This document shows, one piece after another, positions 1 to 12,800 of a stretch of DNA of 64,000 nt (positions within the stretch are counted from its first letter, which is position 1; every line of letters starts with the position of its first letter). Origin of the DNA: Tubulanus polymorphus (taxonomy: Eukaryota; Animalia; Nemertea); the NCBI RefSeq assembly GCF_964204645.1, contig NC_134030.1, positions 7,793,122 to 7,857,121 on the forward strand. The letters run 5' to 3'. The translations under genes and the position numbers were made by a program. A model generated the notes under the pieces. It was not told the origin of the DNA, ran no database searches, and saw nothing but the letters and a program-made list of their open reading frames with translations.

Positions 1-2475
1 GTTCGCTTCGAATTCTGTACCCTGATTAGATCCATAACAGCGAGAGAGTAACAGCACCGCACCAACTAGGATGTTTAGGCCGAAAAGCGTCATTTTCGTT
101 GTCAACATTTCGTCATTTGAGAGAACTGTCAAATCCAAAATAAGGGCGCAACGGCCTTGAGAAAATGCGCGATTTACTTGGTAAACTGTTTATTTTTACG
201 GAGGGCGAACTCTTTTATCAGATCGGAGAATCCGTTTGCCTCCAATCATACTCTTTTATTGGTCACTTTTTGAGTCTCCGAAACCTCCTTTCTGTCGAGG
301 TGGTGTGATTCGGATTTTGTGTGGAGCCAACCGGAGATTTCGGACGGAGACTTCGGAGGTCATAAAGTATGGAAGCCCTGAGACGACATTGCCAGTTGCC
401 AGTTGCCAAATGCTTCTTGTTTGCTAGCTTTGCTTGCTTGCTTGAGTAGGCCTACCTATTCAGTTTTCGAAAACTGAATAGGTTCAAATAAATTTGTTTC
501 CCTTACCAATCTCATCCATAAAAAAACATTTACATATTAACGCCATTAAAATACTTTGGAAAAAAGAGATACTATCATTTGAAAACAAGAAACGAAATTC
601 TTAATATGGACTTACCTAGATTTACATGATGATACCGTTTAATCCAGTATCAAAATTAAAGAAAGAAATTTGGGTTTTTCAAATTTTGAGTGGTAAGCGC
701 AATGAAGTTGTTGGTAGAATTTATATTATATTTACTTATGCAGCGAGAGAAACAAAAACAAAGAAACTCCATCGACAATCTCCTTGCGCCCTGTTGAGGC
801 CCAATTAAGCATTCAAAACGCTAAGAAAGCCTGGGCAGACAAATTAGAAAAGTCTGCATGCAAACCCAGATGAAATTTGGTCAACCTTCCGAACATGACC
901 AAACAACAGTCTAAGACGAAAGACCGCAGTCATCAAAAATCTTAATAAACAACCAGGGCCCATAAACACAGGGTTGACCGTACGTATAATAATAGAACGG
1001 GCCTTAGTTTGTGTTACGAGCGTGAATAGACGTAATTGAACGTATAGTGAATTCCCTGAGATACCCACCCACGATCATTCGACTGTGACCATGTGAAATC
1101 TGACACACAATCGCGTCAATGTATTACGACATAGGCTACTGAATGAAACATATGTGATTCATACCTTCCACAGCCAAATCTCCAATAATTTACCACCTAA
1201 ATTGCAGACCAACCTTGCAGAATGAATATATCTTTCAGGGTCGGTTTGGGTTTTTTAATGAGAAATATTGTAAACTAGGCATACTTTCAATATTATGGAA
1301 ACTAATGTTCAAAACATGTTTTTTTTAATCAGGTGTATTTGCCTTTATCCATCGCTTCCTCGACGGATTTCTTCCCATTGATATTCTGATAAAATGGCCA
1401 CCCTGTCCTTGATGTAGACTTCAGGTGCTCATTTTTATGGGACTGTTTGAGTTTGATGACTCCTGACGTGAACAATCTACGCTCAGTGTCATTTGAACTT
1501 CTAGACATTCCCTGAGATGTTACTCTCCCATTCGACCATACCCTAAAGGATAGCAATTGAAATTCGGATATATTTGCCTACATCTGTGATCCTCGTGGTG
1601 TGAGCTTGTGAAAATATCCGATCGTGAAACTAAACCACAGTCAGGTTAGGCTACTGACTAAGGTAGGCCTACCTTTCCTGCTTGCCTTATTTTTTCCATT
1701 ACCGGTGACGTACAATTAACAGGCCCTGAAAGGATAACCTAATTCTTTTCTAACATTTATTACCCGATGATTGCATCACTGCTATCTTTCAGTGGGCCAA
1801 CGAATTGTTGTTTGTGAAATCTGGATTTGAACATAATTTGTATTTTGAAAATTTGAACTATTAACTTTGACGTGGAGAAAGTTTTAAAAAAATAGAACAA
1901 TCTACTGTTCGGATGATTATCATTTGATTATCTAGCTCTACCGTTAAAAATGGATCCAATATGATTTATAGTCTTAGGATACCGGTACAAGACACGAACA
2001 ACGTAAATTAAGCTAGATAAGTAAACTGTAGGCCTTGTGTACAAATACGGGTAGAGAACATCGATTAGTTTATGTATTCGCCACAGTATTTAGAGGCAGC
2101 ACTAGACGATTGAGATTCGACAGAGCTGTGGCATGCGAGCATGAAATTCAACCGCGATCCTTTTATCTAATTCTCAAAATTAGATATTAGTCAATAACCG
2201 TAGGTATTAAATCCAATTTATATTTAAAATAAACAATAAAACATCGATCAAAATGGGTTTTCAACTGACGTGGACTGATAATCAATTCCGGTCAATAAAA
2301 TATCTACATTTGGGTTTGCATTTGATCGTAGCTCGGGGCGGAATTTCTCCACAATCTTTCAATCGAGTACTAGTCTTTGACACGATCAGATGGCGTTTTC
2401 TCGAGCTCTTCAGCTTTTGCTGTGTTTCCTGGCGATCTTGTGGCGCGGAGTATTTCGGAGTGGTGGCGTGGCGCC

Positions 2476-2560
2476 GGTGGATGGATTTATGTGTGCGGTG
2501 GATGGATTTATGTGTGCGGTGGATGGAGTTATGTGCGCGGTGGATGGAGTTGTGTGCGTG
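2476..2560. repeat. 21-bp G/T-rich minisatellite (GGTGGATGGATTTATGTGTGC), ~4 copies
   Basis: Direct tandem repeats visible in sequence; they explain the repetitive ORFs at 2253-2826. Confidence 0.9.
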
Positions 2561-2710
2561 GTGTGTGCAAGTGGAGTGAATGGAGTTTATATGTGTCGTA
2601 TGAATGTGTGGTATATTTTATATCTTATTTTTTTCATTATTTTTCTATATATTTTTGTTTTTTCATATTTTTTTCTTTCATTTCATTCGTCCCTCTCCCC
2701 GCCCTCTCAA

Positions 2711-3327
2711 TCTCAGGGTTTCAACTGGCAGCGGCGGAGTCGGAGTTCTCTAGTGTGGCCTCGGCCCAGCTAATGGTGGAGTGCGGTGATGCGGATGTTA
2801 CTACGGGGTACCTGCGATCAGAATAAGATGGGGGCGGTAGCAATCTTCGACTTTGGGGGCTGTTGGATCTTTAGGTCCCCAGTTTGGTCCATTCTAGTCT
2901 GAATCGGCTGGTTCATTGCCTAAAAGGCTACCCATTGGCATCTTGCTGATTGGGCTCCCCGTTCACCCAGTTTTTCTCTGTCATCTGGGTGTCGGTTGTC
3001 ATAGGTGGTGTGCTCAATTGGGTCCCTAGTTTGGTCCATTCTGGTCTGAATCGGCTGGTTTCTTCGCCTAAGGCTACCCATTGGCATCTTGCCGATTGGG
3101 TTCCCCGTTCACCCAGTTTTTCTCTGTCATCTGGGTGCCGGTTGTCTTTTGGTGTTGATGCTTGAAGATCGGATATCCCCCGAAGCCGAAGATGTTTGTC
3201 GCTTCCCTTCTTACTCTGATTGCGGGTCCTCCGTAGTAACACCCGTGTCGTCAGCTACCCACCACTAGCTGGGATGAGGCCACGTTAGGGAACTCCGACT
3301 CTGCCGCTGCCAGTTGGAACCCCGAGA
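2711..3327 (+). ncRNA. Long inverted repeat (arms 2711-2870 and 3166-3327), candidate hairpin-RNA locus
   Basis: Arms are reverse complements over ~160 bp. Hand pairing on the + strand gives ~15 G.U versus ~5 A.C mismatches. The inverted repeat is certain; the RNA-gene status is inferred. Confidence 0.55.
2874..3148. repeat. 147-bp tandem duplication forming the loop of the inverted repeat
   Basis: GGTCCC(C/T)AGTTTGGTCCATTCT... starts at 2874 and again at 3021; the two units are highly similar. Confidence 0.9.
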
Positions 3328-4599
3328 ACTAAGACTTTGCTGTTATCAGCCAGTAGTTCTGTGCTGACTTCTTTCTCTTTCTCAGGTTAGATCAAATATG
3401 ATGTAAAGCCGTTAAAACTATGTATTACCAGCGTCTATATGGTTGTACTTCAATTTAAGCCGTAAAACTCTGGAAGTTTAATTTTTTATCCAAGGTTCTT
3501 TCCCCTTCCATCAAAATCTTTCCCAATTTTTCTTGTCGCAGAGGATGATAATGTCTATATTGTATTCGTGAACTCTGTAATCTCGAACATCTTTTGTGTA
3601 CTTCAAATTACATCGTTAACTCTGTAGCTTCGATTTCTCATTCAGACCCCTCATCCTAGCCTTTCATCTTTTCCCTCATATCATCATCTTGTTAATTAAT
3701 GATTATGTACTTTTTAATTCCAGCTTAATTTTATTTAGCCCACTTGGGGCAATAGTGGGATATCAGGGGTTCATTTTTTTCTAATTCCAAAATACAGGTG
3801 TTTGATTCTCAGAAAAAAAGCCTGTTGGTGTTAATTTCTTACTAGCTCTAAGGCAAAAAAAAACACAGACATTCCATTCTCAAAAAACCTGGCTTATCGT
3901 GTGGGGAAGAGGTACATGGTTTGGCTGTACATGTACCTAACCCAGACACAAACGGAGCTGGCACAATTATAGTTAATACTATTAATGATAGGGATGGTTA
4001 TGAGATAATTGAAACTTTCTCAAACAGCAGTGGTCAGTCTATGACAAACATCTTGACTTAGTATGTAATATGCTCTCTTTCCCTTGTCGTTTCAAAAGCC
4101 AGAAGTCAAACTCTGACGGGGAGAAGTCTGGTGATAGCACCATACAGAATGCGATGGCACCCTTGGACGTTCCAATAACATCTGGAGACTGTGTGGAAGA
4201 CACGAAATTTGGATCTGCCACCACGAATAAACTAACTAAGATGAACCGATCCGTTATATGTAAGTTATAATATTAACCGATGCTTCTTTAGGTCTGAACA
4301 CCAAGTTCAACCGGTAACAAATGAAGCGTGACCCAACCAAGTCACAACTCTTGTAGTCCGGTGGTCAATCGCATGAAACAAGACATTATTAGCAATTATT
4401 CAATATCTTTTTAATATTTGGGAAGAAATTCTTCTGGTGTAGCTATTTCAGGGCCCTATTAAGGCTGGCTTTACTTAAGATATATAATCAATCAAACTTT
4501 AAGGTCAGTTAATAGATTTTCTTACAAATAATATATCTTGAACTTCTCTGCGGAAAGATGTGTGCATAAGATAGTTTCTAGGACTGTATCCAGATCTGG

Positions 4600-6350
4600 G
4601 GAAAACTATGGGCTACGTGGGCCGACTTCAGGTCTTCTAGAAACTGTGATTTGGTCTCAACGCTTTGACAAATCTAGAATAAACCAAAGCTTTAATTGAT
4701 TCAAATCATTCCCGTAAGCCGTACTCTGTGTCTTGTTTTGGGTGACGCATAATAATTATAGTTTAACTGACAACTAGCTATAGCTAGGTCAAATGGTTTA
4801 GATATCTGCAATTAAGATGAATATTTTATGTTGGATTAAAAACTATTTATATTTAATACAGAACCATATTATGAATATCATTAAACTGACAACTGAAATA
4901 GAGCTGATATATGTAAACGAGAGCGCATCTATTAGTGAATCAGTCTCAACGCCTGATCAGTATTTGCATCTCCAATTGCTGTGCTTATGACAAGTGGTCA
5001 TGTACTTCAATATTGCCAAAATTTACCAAAACCTAACTGATTCAATTAATATCTAAGAGCCATACTGTGTGCCATGTGGCGCATGATAGATATTGTTTAA
5101 CTGACAATTAGAATATAGCTAAGATGAATAACTCATTAACGTATTACTTAGATATCAACAATTAAGGTTAATTCAATTATTATGTGAAATTATTTTTAAT
5201 TCAGGTCCATTGACATTTAAAATGTAGCTGATTCATGCGTATCTGAGCACATTTAATTATCTGTATCTAAGTGAACCTATTGTGTCTTCATACAGCTGAT
5301 TAGTTTGATACATATTGCCAAAATCATTGAACTTCTGATCGAAGGGGGATAAACAAAATCTGTACATGCATAAATACATTCCTGAATTTGGAGGGTGAAA
5401 TATTTCAGTTTCACTGTGTATGTCAGATTGAGAGCCTTATTCTGACAGGATATCCTAAACTTAATTCTTATTCCTCTTGCTAATACGTAGCTCTCTTACT
5501 AACCCCTCTCCTTCAAACTATATTCCAGCATCATGTCTTGCACCGCACCAGGGAGGTCCAGTCATAACAAGGTCTTTCGGTCTTTATGCACGGTGTACTG
5601 TAAGAGGGAAATAAAGATTATATAGCAATTCGGGTAAGGGAATTTCTAATTTACCACTAAAGATGTGCTTTTATATTAAGTTCTGATGATTTCAAATAGT
5701 GATGAATTCACCAGATCTGAATTTCTACTCATGTAGATTTTCAGGCTCCATATTAATATTGTTCAACTGACAATTAAAATGCAGCTAGTATGATTACTAA
5801 TTAGTGGATCACTTAGATATCTAGAAGATTAATTAAAATCAATTCAGTATAATGAATATAAGTGAAACCTATTTAAAAAAAATAGCGCAGTGGATGAGGC
5901 AACTTATATTGTGCAATGTTGTCTGCGTCTAATTGGGTCACTTGTATGTGGGATCTGTTAAATCAGTTAGGTTTTGGGGAATTCTGGATTCGTCAAACTA
6001 TATATCAAAAGCTCTGATGCAAAATTAGCAGTTTGAAATAGTGATCAATCCAAATTTGTATCGGATCTAAAATTCTTTTTGTGTAGAAATTTGGAGCCCC
6101 ATATAAAATATTGTCAATTTTAATTATAGCTAGGACATTAATTGATTGATTAGGTATCTAAGATGAAGATTAATTCAGCATCTTCATATAAGGTAAAAGT
6201 GCTCAGATCTAAACCGTAGAGGTTGATAAGACAACTATATAATTTAATATTGGTTGATATCTAAATAATAGGGTGTATCTTGTGCGAGGGATTTATTGAA
6301 TCTTTAAGGCTTTGCAGAATTCTGGATTTTTCAAGGTGTGGGAATGATTC
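4600..6350. repeat. Old, degenerate AT-rich tandem repeats
   Basis: Recurring AACTGACAA..A.ATAGCT and TTAGATATCT motifs at ~4765, 4883, 5099 and 5765. Confidence 0.5.
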
Positions 6351-6897
6351 AAGGTTTCATAAATCTGTAGAACCATGTTGTTTATAGGACCAGTGTGCTC
6401 AATGCTGGCAGCACACTCTTTAGTTGTATCATTATGATTATCAGATCATTGTATATATTAGGAGCAAAATTTAGAATTACTGAAATGGATTAGAATACCA
6501 TTTACTGGGCACAGATGTCACCATCTATGGGTAGAAATCATCTCTATATATAGTTAATTAATTGATGATGAAGTTAATTTGATAATACGAATATAGGTTA
6601 GTCAACAATAAACATGTATATAGGCCAATATTACTAGCCAGGGTTTGAATAAAAGCCTACGTGCCACTGGATGTTTAGCAACCAATAAGGAAAAACATCA
6701 AGAATTTCCGAAGAGGGGAGAGAAAGTCATACAAGAACAATTTGATAAGATTATGCATTAATAAATTTGTTGTATCTCTGGTATTCCTGAAGATGACTAT
6801 GATGTGTTTTAGACGATGAGGTGTTTTAGATATAGTTGAATTGTTGTCAAACCATAATAATGAACCGTTGCTTAGATATCTAATGAGTTGAATTTCG

Positions 6898-9800
6898 TAT
6901 AGATAGATATCCAAAATCTCGATGTAATAAGATAGGCAGAAGAAAGTTAACCTTGTAATATAGATATCCAAAATCTCGATGTAATAAAATAGGTAGAAAA
7001 AAAGTTAATCTTGTAATATAGATATCCAAAATCTCGATGTAATAAAATAGGTAGAAAAAAATTAACCTTGTAATATAGATATCCAAAATCTCGATGTAAT
7101 AAAATAGGTAGAAAAAAAAGTTAACCTTGTAATATAGATATCCAAAATCTCGATGTAATGAAATATGTAGAAAAAAAGTTAACCTTATAATATAGATATC
7201 CAAAATCTCGATGTAATAAAATAGGTAGAAAAAAAAGTTAACCTTGTAATATAGATATCCAAAATCTCGATGTAATAAATTAGGTAGAAAAAAAAAGTTA
7301 TTCTTGTTATATAGATATCCAAAATCTTGATGTAATAAAATAGGTAGTAAAAAAATTAACCTTGTTATATAGATATCTAAAATCTAGATGTAATAGAATA
7401 GGCAGAAAAAAAAGTTAACCTTGTAATATAGATATCCAAAATCTCGATGTGATAAAATAGGTAGAAAAAAGCTAACCTTATAATATAGATATCCAAAATC
7501 TAGATGTAATGAAATAGGCAGAAAAAAAAGTTAACCTTGTAATATAGATATCCAAAATCTGGATGTAATAAAATAGATAGAAAAAAAAGTTTATCTTGTA
7601 ATATAGATATCCAAAATCTCGATGTAATAAAATAGGTAGAAAAAAAGTTAACCTTGTAATATAGATATCCAAAATCTCGATGTAATAAATTAGGTAGAAA
7701 AAAAGTTAACCTTGTAATATAGATATCCAAAATCTCGATGTAATAAAATAGGTAGAAAAAAAGCTAACCTTGTAATATAGATATCCAAAATCTAGATGTA
7801 ATAGAATAGACAGAAAAAAAAGTTAACCTTGTAATATAGATATCCAAAATCTCGATGTAATAAAATAAGTAGAAAAAAAAGTCAACCTTGTAATATAGAT
7901 ATCCAAAATCTAGATGTAATAGAATAGGTAGTAAAAAAAAATTAACCTTGTAATATAAATATCCAAAATCTCGATGTGATAAAATAGGTAGAAAAAAAGC
8001 TAACCTTGTAATATAGATATCCAAAATCTAGATGTAATGAAATAGGCAGAAAAAAAAGTTAACCTTGTAATATAGATATCCAAAATCTCGATGTAATGAA
8101 ATAGGTAGAAAAAAAGTTAACCTTGTAATATAGATATCCAAAATCTCGATGTAATAAAATAGGTAGAAAAAAAAGTTAACCTTGTAATATAGATATCCAA
8201 AATCTCGATGTAATAAAATAGGTAGTAAAAAAATTAACCTTGTTATATAGATATCTAAAATCTAGATGTAATAGAATAGGCAGAAAAAAAAGTTAACCTT
8301 GTAATATAGATATCCAAAATCTCGATGTGATAAAATAGGTAGAAAAAAAAGCTAACCTTGTAATATAGATATCCAAAATCTAGATGTAATGAAATAGGCA
8401 GAAAAAAAAGTTAACCTTGTAATATTGATATCCAAAATCTGGATGTAATAAAATAGATAGAAAAAAAAGTTTATCTTGTAATATAGATATCCAAAATCTC
8501 GATGTAATAAAATAGGTAGAAAAAAAGTTAACCTTGTAATATAGATATCCAAAATCTCGATGTAATAAATTAGGTAGAAAAAAAGTTAACCTTGTAATAT
8601 AGATATCCAAAATCTCGATGTAATAAAATAGGTAGAAAAAAAGCTAACCTTGTAATATAGATATCCAAAATCTAGATGTAATAGAATAGGCAGAAAAAAA
8701 AGTTAACCTTGTGATATAGATATCCAAAATCTCGATGTAATAAAATAGGTAGAAAAAAAAAGTCAACCTTGTAATATAGATATCCAAAATCTAGATGTAA
8801 TAGAATAGGTAGTAAAAAAAAATTAACCTTGTAATATAGATATCCAAAATCTCGATGTGATAAAATAGGTAGAAAAAAAGTTAATCTTGTAATATAGATA
8901 TCCAAAATCTCGATGTAATAAAATAGGTAGAAAAAAATTAACCTTGTAATATAGATATCCAAAATCTCGATGTAATAAAATAGGTAGAAAAAAAAGTTAA
9001 CCTTGTAATATAGATATCCAAAATCTCGATGTAATAAAATAGGTAGAAAAAAAGTTAACCTTGTGATATAGATATCCAAAATCTCGATGTAATAAATTAG
9101 GTAGAAAAAAAAGTTAACCTTGTAATATAGATATCCAAAATCTCGATGTAATAAAATAGGTAGAAAAAAAAGTTAACCTTGTAATATAGATATCTAAAAT
9201 CTAGATGTAATAAAATAGGCAGAAAAAAAAGGTAACCTTGTAATATAGATATCCAAAATCTCGATGTAATAAAATAGGTAGAAAAAAAAGGTAACCTTGT
9301 AATATAGATATCCAAAATCTCGATGTAATAAATAAGGTAGAAAAAAAAGTTAATCTTGTAATATAGATATCCAAAATCTCGATGTAATAAAATAGGTAGT
9401 AAAAAAAAATTAACCTTGTTATATAGATATCTAAAATCTAGATGTAATAGAATAGGCAGAAAAAAAAGTTATCCTTGTAATATAGAAATCCAAAATCTCG
9501 ATGTAATAAAATAGGTAGAAAAAAGCTAACCTTGTAATATAGATATCCAAAATCTCGATGTAATAAAATAGGTAGAAAAAAAGCTAACCTTGTAATATAG
9601 ATATCCAAAATCTCGATGTAATGAAATAGGCAGAAAAAAAAAGCTAACCTTGTAATATAGATATCCAAAATCTCGATGTAATAAGATAGGTAGAAAAAAA
9701 GCTAACCTTGTAATATAGATATCCAAAATCTAGATGTAATGAAATAGGCAGAAAAAAAAGTTAACCTTGTAATATAGATATCCAAAATCTTGATGTAATA

Positions 9801-12800
9801 AAATAGGTAGAAAAAAAAGTTAATCTTGTAATATAGATATCCAAAATCTCGATGTAATAAAATAGGTAGAAAAAAAGTTAACCTTGTAATATAGATATCC
9901 AAAATCTCGATGTAATAAATTAGGTAGAAAAAAATTTAACCTTGTAATATAGATATCCAAAATCTCGATGTAATAAGATAGGCAGAAGAAAGTTAACCTT
10001 GTAATATAGATATCCAAAATCTCGATGTAATAAAATAGGTAGAAAAAAAGTTAATCTTGTAATATAGATATCCAAAATCTCGATGTAATAAAATAGGTAG
10101 AAAAAAATTAACCTTGTAATATAGATATCCAAAATCTCGATGTAATAAAATAGGTAGAAAAAAAGTTAACCTTGTAATATAGATATCCAAAATCTCGATG
10201 TAATGAAATATGTAGAAAAAAAGTTAACCTTATAATATAGATATCCAAAATCTCGATGTAATAAAATAGGTAGAAAAAAAAGTTAACCTTGTAATATAGA
10301 TATCCAAAATCTCGATGTAATAAATTAGGTAGAAAAAAAAAGTTATTCTTGTTATATAGATATCCAAAATCTTGATGTAATAAAATAGGTAGTAAAAAAA
10401 TTAACCTTGTTATATAGATATCTAAAATCTAGATGTAATAGAATAGGCAGAAAAAAAAGTTAACCTTGTAATATAGATATCCAAAATCTCGATGTGATAA
10501 AATAGGTAGAAAAAAGCTAACCTTATAATATAGATATCCAAAATCTAGATGTAATGAAATAGGCAGAAAAAAAGTTAACCTTGTAATATAGATATCCAAA
10601 ATCTTGATGTAATAAAATAGATAGAAAAAAAAGTTTATCTTGTAATATAGATATCCAAAATCTCGATGTAATAAAATAGGTAGAAAAAAAGTTAACCTTG
10701 TAATATAGATATCCAAAATCTCGATGTAATAAATTAGGTAGAAAAAAAGTTAACCTTGTAATATAGATATCCAAAATCTCGATGTAATAAAATAGGTAGA
10801 AAAAAAGCTAACCTTGTAATATAGATATCCAAAATCTAGATGTAATAGAATAGACAGAAAAAAAAGTTAACCTTGTAATATAGATATCCAAAATCTAGAT
10901 GTAATGAAATAGGCAGAAAAAAAAGTTAACCTTGTAATATAGATATCCAAAATCTGGATGTAATAAAATAGATAGAAAAAAAAGTTAATCTTGTAATATA
11001 GATATCCAAAATCTCGATGTAATAAAATAGGTAGAAAAAAAGTTAACCTTGTAATATAGATATCCAAAATCTCGATGTAATAAATTAGGTAGAAAAAAAA
11101 GTTAACCTTGTAATATAGATATCCAAAATCTCGATGTAATAAAATAGGTAGAAAAAAAAGTTAACCTTGTAATATAGATATCTAAAATCTAGATGTAATA
11201 AAATAGGCAGAAAAAAAAGGTAACCTTGTAATATAGATATCCAAAATCTCGATGTAATAAAATAGGTAGAAAAAAAAGGTAACCTTGTAATATAGATATC
11301 CAAAATCTCGATGTAATAAATAAGGTAGAAAAAAAAGTTAATCTTGTAATATAGATATCCAAAATCTCGATGTAATAAAATAGGTAGTAAAAAAAAATTA
11401 ACCTTGTTATATAGATATCTAAAATCTAGATGTAATAGAATAGGCAGAAAAAAAAGTTATCCTTGTAATATAGATATCCAAAATCTCGATGTAATAAAAT
11501 AGGTAGAAAAAAGCTAACCTTGTAATATAGATATCCAAAATCTCGATGTAATAAAATAGGTAGAAAAAAAGCTAACCTTGTAATATAGATATCCAAGATC
11601 TCGATGTAATAAAATAGGTAGAAAAAAAGCTAACCTTGTAATATAGATATCCAAAATCTCGATGTAATAAGATAGGTAGAAAAAAAGCTAACCTTGTAAT
11701 ATAGATATCCAAAATCTAGATGTAATGAAATAGGCAGAAAAAAAAGTTAACCTTGTAATATAGATATCCAAAATCTTGATGTAATAAAATAGGTAGAAAA
11801 AAAAGTTAATCTTGTAATATAGATATCCAAAATCTCGATGTAATAAAATAGGTAGAAAAAAAGTTAACCTTGTAATATAGATATCCAAAATCTCGATGTA
11901 ATAAATTAGGTAGAAAAAAATTTAACCTTGTAATATAGATATCCAAAATCTCGATGTAATAAGATAGGCAGAAGAAAGTTAACCTTGTAATATAGATATC
12001 CAAAATCTCGATGTAATAAAATAGGTAGAAAAAAAGTTAATCTTGTAATATAGATATCCAAAATCTCGATGTAATAAAATAGGTAGAAAAAAATTAACCT
12101 TGTAATATAGATATCCAAAATGTCGATGTAATAAAATAGGTAGAAAAAAAGTTAACCTTGTAATATAGATATCCAAAATCTCGATGTAATGAAATATGTA
12201 GAAAAAAAGTTAACCTTATAATATAGATATCCAAAATCTCGATGTAATAAAATAGGTAGAAAAAAAAGTTAACCTTGTAATATAGATATCCAAAATCTCG
12301 ATGTAATAAATTAGGTAGAAAAAAAAAGTTATTCTTGTTATATAGATATCCAAAATCTTGATGTAATAAAATAGGTAGTAAAAAAATTAACCTTGTTATA
12401 TAGATATCTAAAATCTAGATGTAATAGAATAGGCAGAAAAAAAAGTTAACCTTGTAATATAGATATCCAAAATCTCGATGTGATAAAATAGGTAGAAAAA
12501 AGCTAACCTTATAATATAGATATCCAAAATCTAGATGTAATGAAATAGGCAGAAAAAAAAGTTAACCTTGTAATATAGATATCCAAAATCTGGATGTAAT
12601 AAAATAGATAGAAAAAAAAGTTTATCTTGTAATATAGATATCCAAAATCTCGATGTAATAAAATAGGTAGAAAAAAAGTTAACCTTGTAATATAGATATC
12701 CAAAATCTCGATGTGATAAAATAGGTAGAAAAAAGCTAACCTTATAATATAGATATCCAAAATCTAGATGTAATGAAATAGGCAGAAAAAAAAGTTAACC

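Noticed and set aside
270-360. Short imperfect hairpin (TCCGAAACCTCC / GGAGATTTCGGA) as a pre-miRNA
   Set aside because: Stem too short and interrupted to support a call.
2874-3165. Hammerhead ribozyme in the tandem loop modules
   Set aside because: No CUGANGA/GAAA core found by eye on either strand.
2253-3242. Overlapping ORFs of 71-149 aa
   Set aside because: Produced by the minisatellite, a T-rich tract and the duplicated loop; no protein features.
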